The position numbers were made by a program, and so were the translations under genes. From positions 1 to 64,000 of the forward strand of contig NW_021833055.1 in NCBI RefSeq assembly GCF_006345805.1: a DNA stretch of 64,000 nucleotides, written 5' to 3'. Below the pieces are notes generated by a model, which worked only from the letters and a program-made list of their open reading frames with translations, ran no database searches and was not told the DNA's origin. The DNA comes from Octopus sinensis (taxonomy: Eukaryota). Positions 62,599-64,000 of this stretch are shown here, piece after piece (the stretch's first letter is position 1; every line of letters starts with the position of its first letter).

Positions 62599-62791
62599 CC
62601 AAAAAGACAGCAAGAAAAAGCAACAACGTGAGGATGTGGCTCATGAAAAGTATTAAGAAGACGCTCAGGGAAGGAAAGAAGTGTGTTTTATATTTCGAGC
62701 AAAGCTCTTCTTCAGAAGTAGGAGACAGAGGAAAGTTCAAAATAAAGGAAGACGAAGGGAAAAATCGTCAACAATCCACATGTAGTGTTAC
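62599..62791 (-). mobile_element. Diverged copy of the second Penelope-like pLTR family
   Basis: caacaacgtgaggatgtgg...gacgctcagggaaggaaag...tttcgagcaaagctcttcttcagaa...aaaaatcgtcaac aligns with 45590-45750. Confidence 0.7.
62685..62719 (-). ncRNA. Minimal type I hammerhead ribozyme motif, canonical core, decayed stem I
   Basis: Minus strand actt-CTGAAGA-a-GAGC-ttt-GCTC-GAAA-TA-TA-aaac: perfect core and 4-bp stem II; stem I only 2 bp. Confidence 0.55.
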
Positions 62792-62817
62792 ATTTTGGAA
62801 TGTATATATATATATAT

Positions 62818-62851
<34 letters not shown>

Positions 62852-64000
62852 ATATATATATAAATATATATATATAAATGGAATATACATATATACACAC
62901 ATATATACATACATATATGTATGTATATATATGTATGTATGTATATGTGTGTCCATGTGTGTGTGAATATGTGTGTTTGTGTTTGTGTGCGTGCGTGGGC
63001 CTTCCAGGTTTTGTATCTCTCACACCACCACTTAAGCATCAGTGGTTTGCTTACTTCCCCTTAACATAGCGATTAGCTAAAAGAGAGATTGGCTGAAAAT
63101 GTTCCAGGCTTGAAGATTTAGTACTTGGTTAGATTTGTTAGATTTATCCTTTGAAGGCCGTACTTCACTAAATGAAAGAAGTAAAAGATAGAAGTGGGAC
63201 ACCGTCACACGCCCAGTAAACTTTCTTATGAGTGAAACCATATTTTTGTGGCTTTAATATTCGCTATTGATAGCACTGCTTCAAATTGCTCAGAAAACCC
63301 AATTTGCTTTCGTCATACACTATAATGTTTAAAATGTGCTTGCTCATAAAATATTAGTTGATTAATTGCTACTGAAGGAACGTAGCAGACCCATTTCCCA
63401 CACTTTTAGACATTTCCTTGATTGTTCAAAAAGGGTAGCGTATCGAAGGTTTTCACTCTGCAAGGATAGAGTGTCTAAGTATCGCCTCTTTCATTTCGCG
63501 AACAAAATAAGTGCTGATGATTCTGATCCATCAATCATGGTAGAATTGCCACATCTAAATTTTGCAAACACTTTCTGCATTCATTTATTCCTGCGTAACT
63601 TTTTCATGTCTTTTGAGTATTTTTCACCGTTTCTCATATACTATTAGAACCTCGATGAAACACATATAGCACGACATGATGAAGACACTCTTAAATTCAT
63701 TACAAGAGGGGTTGTTCATATATTAAATAAATATACTAAAATATGATCGCTGCTCTTCAGGAAATCATTATTATGCATTTTTGGATACTACAAACTTTTA
63801 TCATTCAAAAGATTTGTCCCCACCAAAAGAAGCTACACATTAATCTGCCAAATATTATTTGCTATTATTTCGTGTGTTCCATATTTTCGTAGAAGCCATA
63901 CGTTTTGTCAAACTCAATAAAAGGATTGACTAATCAATAACGCTGTATTACGTGGCTGGAGACTAAGATGTTCACAAAAAGGAAGCCTCCGAGAAAAATG

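Overview
AT-rich eukaryotic genomic DNA dominated by microsatellites and decayed transposable elements. The repeat families match my recollection of Octopus repeats, so a cephalopod origin is inferred, not proven. I found no recognisable host protein-coding gene; the window looks intronic or intergenic, and nearly all ORFs in the supplied track are microsatellite artefacts. Supported content: three dead mariner (Tc1/mariner) transposase remnants; LINE remnants of three clades (R4/Dong-like endonuclease C-terminus, CR1/L2-like 3' end, L1/Tx1-like ORF1 with zinc knuckle plus a separate 3' UTR); about 30 copies of five tRNA-derived SINE families (labelled A, B, C, D, F here); two copies of a GG-terminal TIR element with 8-bp target duplications that carries telomere-like repeats; and Penelope-like pseudo-LTR fragments. 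The most interesting signal is a set of minimal type I hammerhead ribozyme motifs in two unrelated non-coding repeat families. One (44594-44657) sits in the loop of a ~117-bp near-perfect inverted repeat, and two more lie at 45661-45694 and 62685-62719. Also notable: a head-to-tail SINE tetramer (184-bp period) inside a single 16-bp target-site duplication, two SINE/LINE 3'-tail partnerships visible within the window, inverted SINE pairs that could form dsRNA, and an in-frame junction between a LINE ORF1 remnant and a mariner catalytic domain. All alignments and folds were done by eye.
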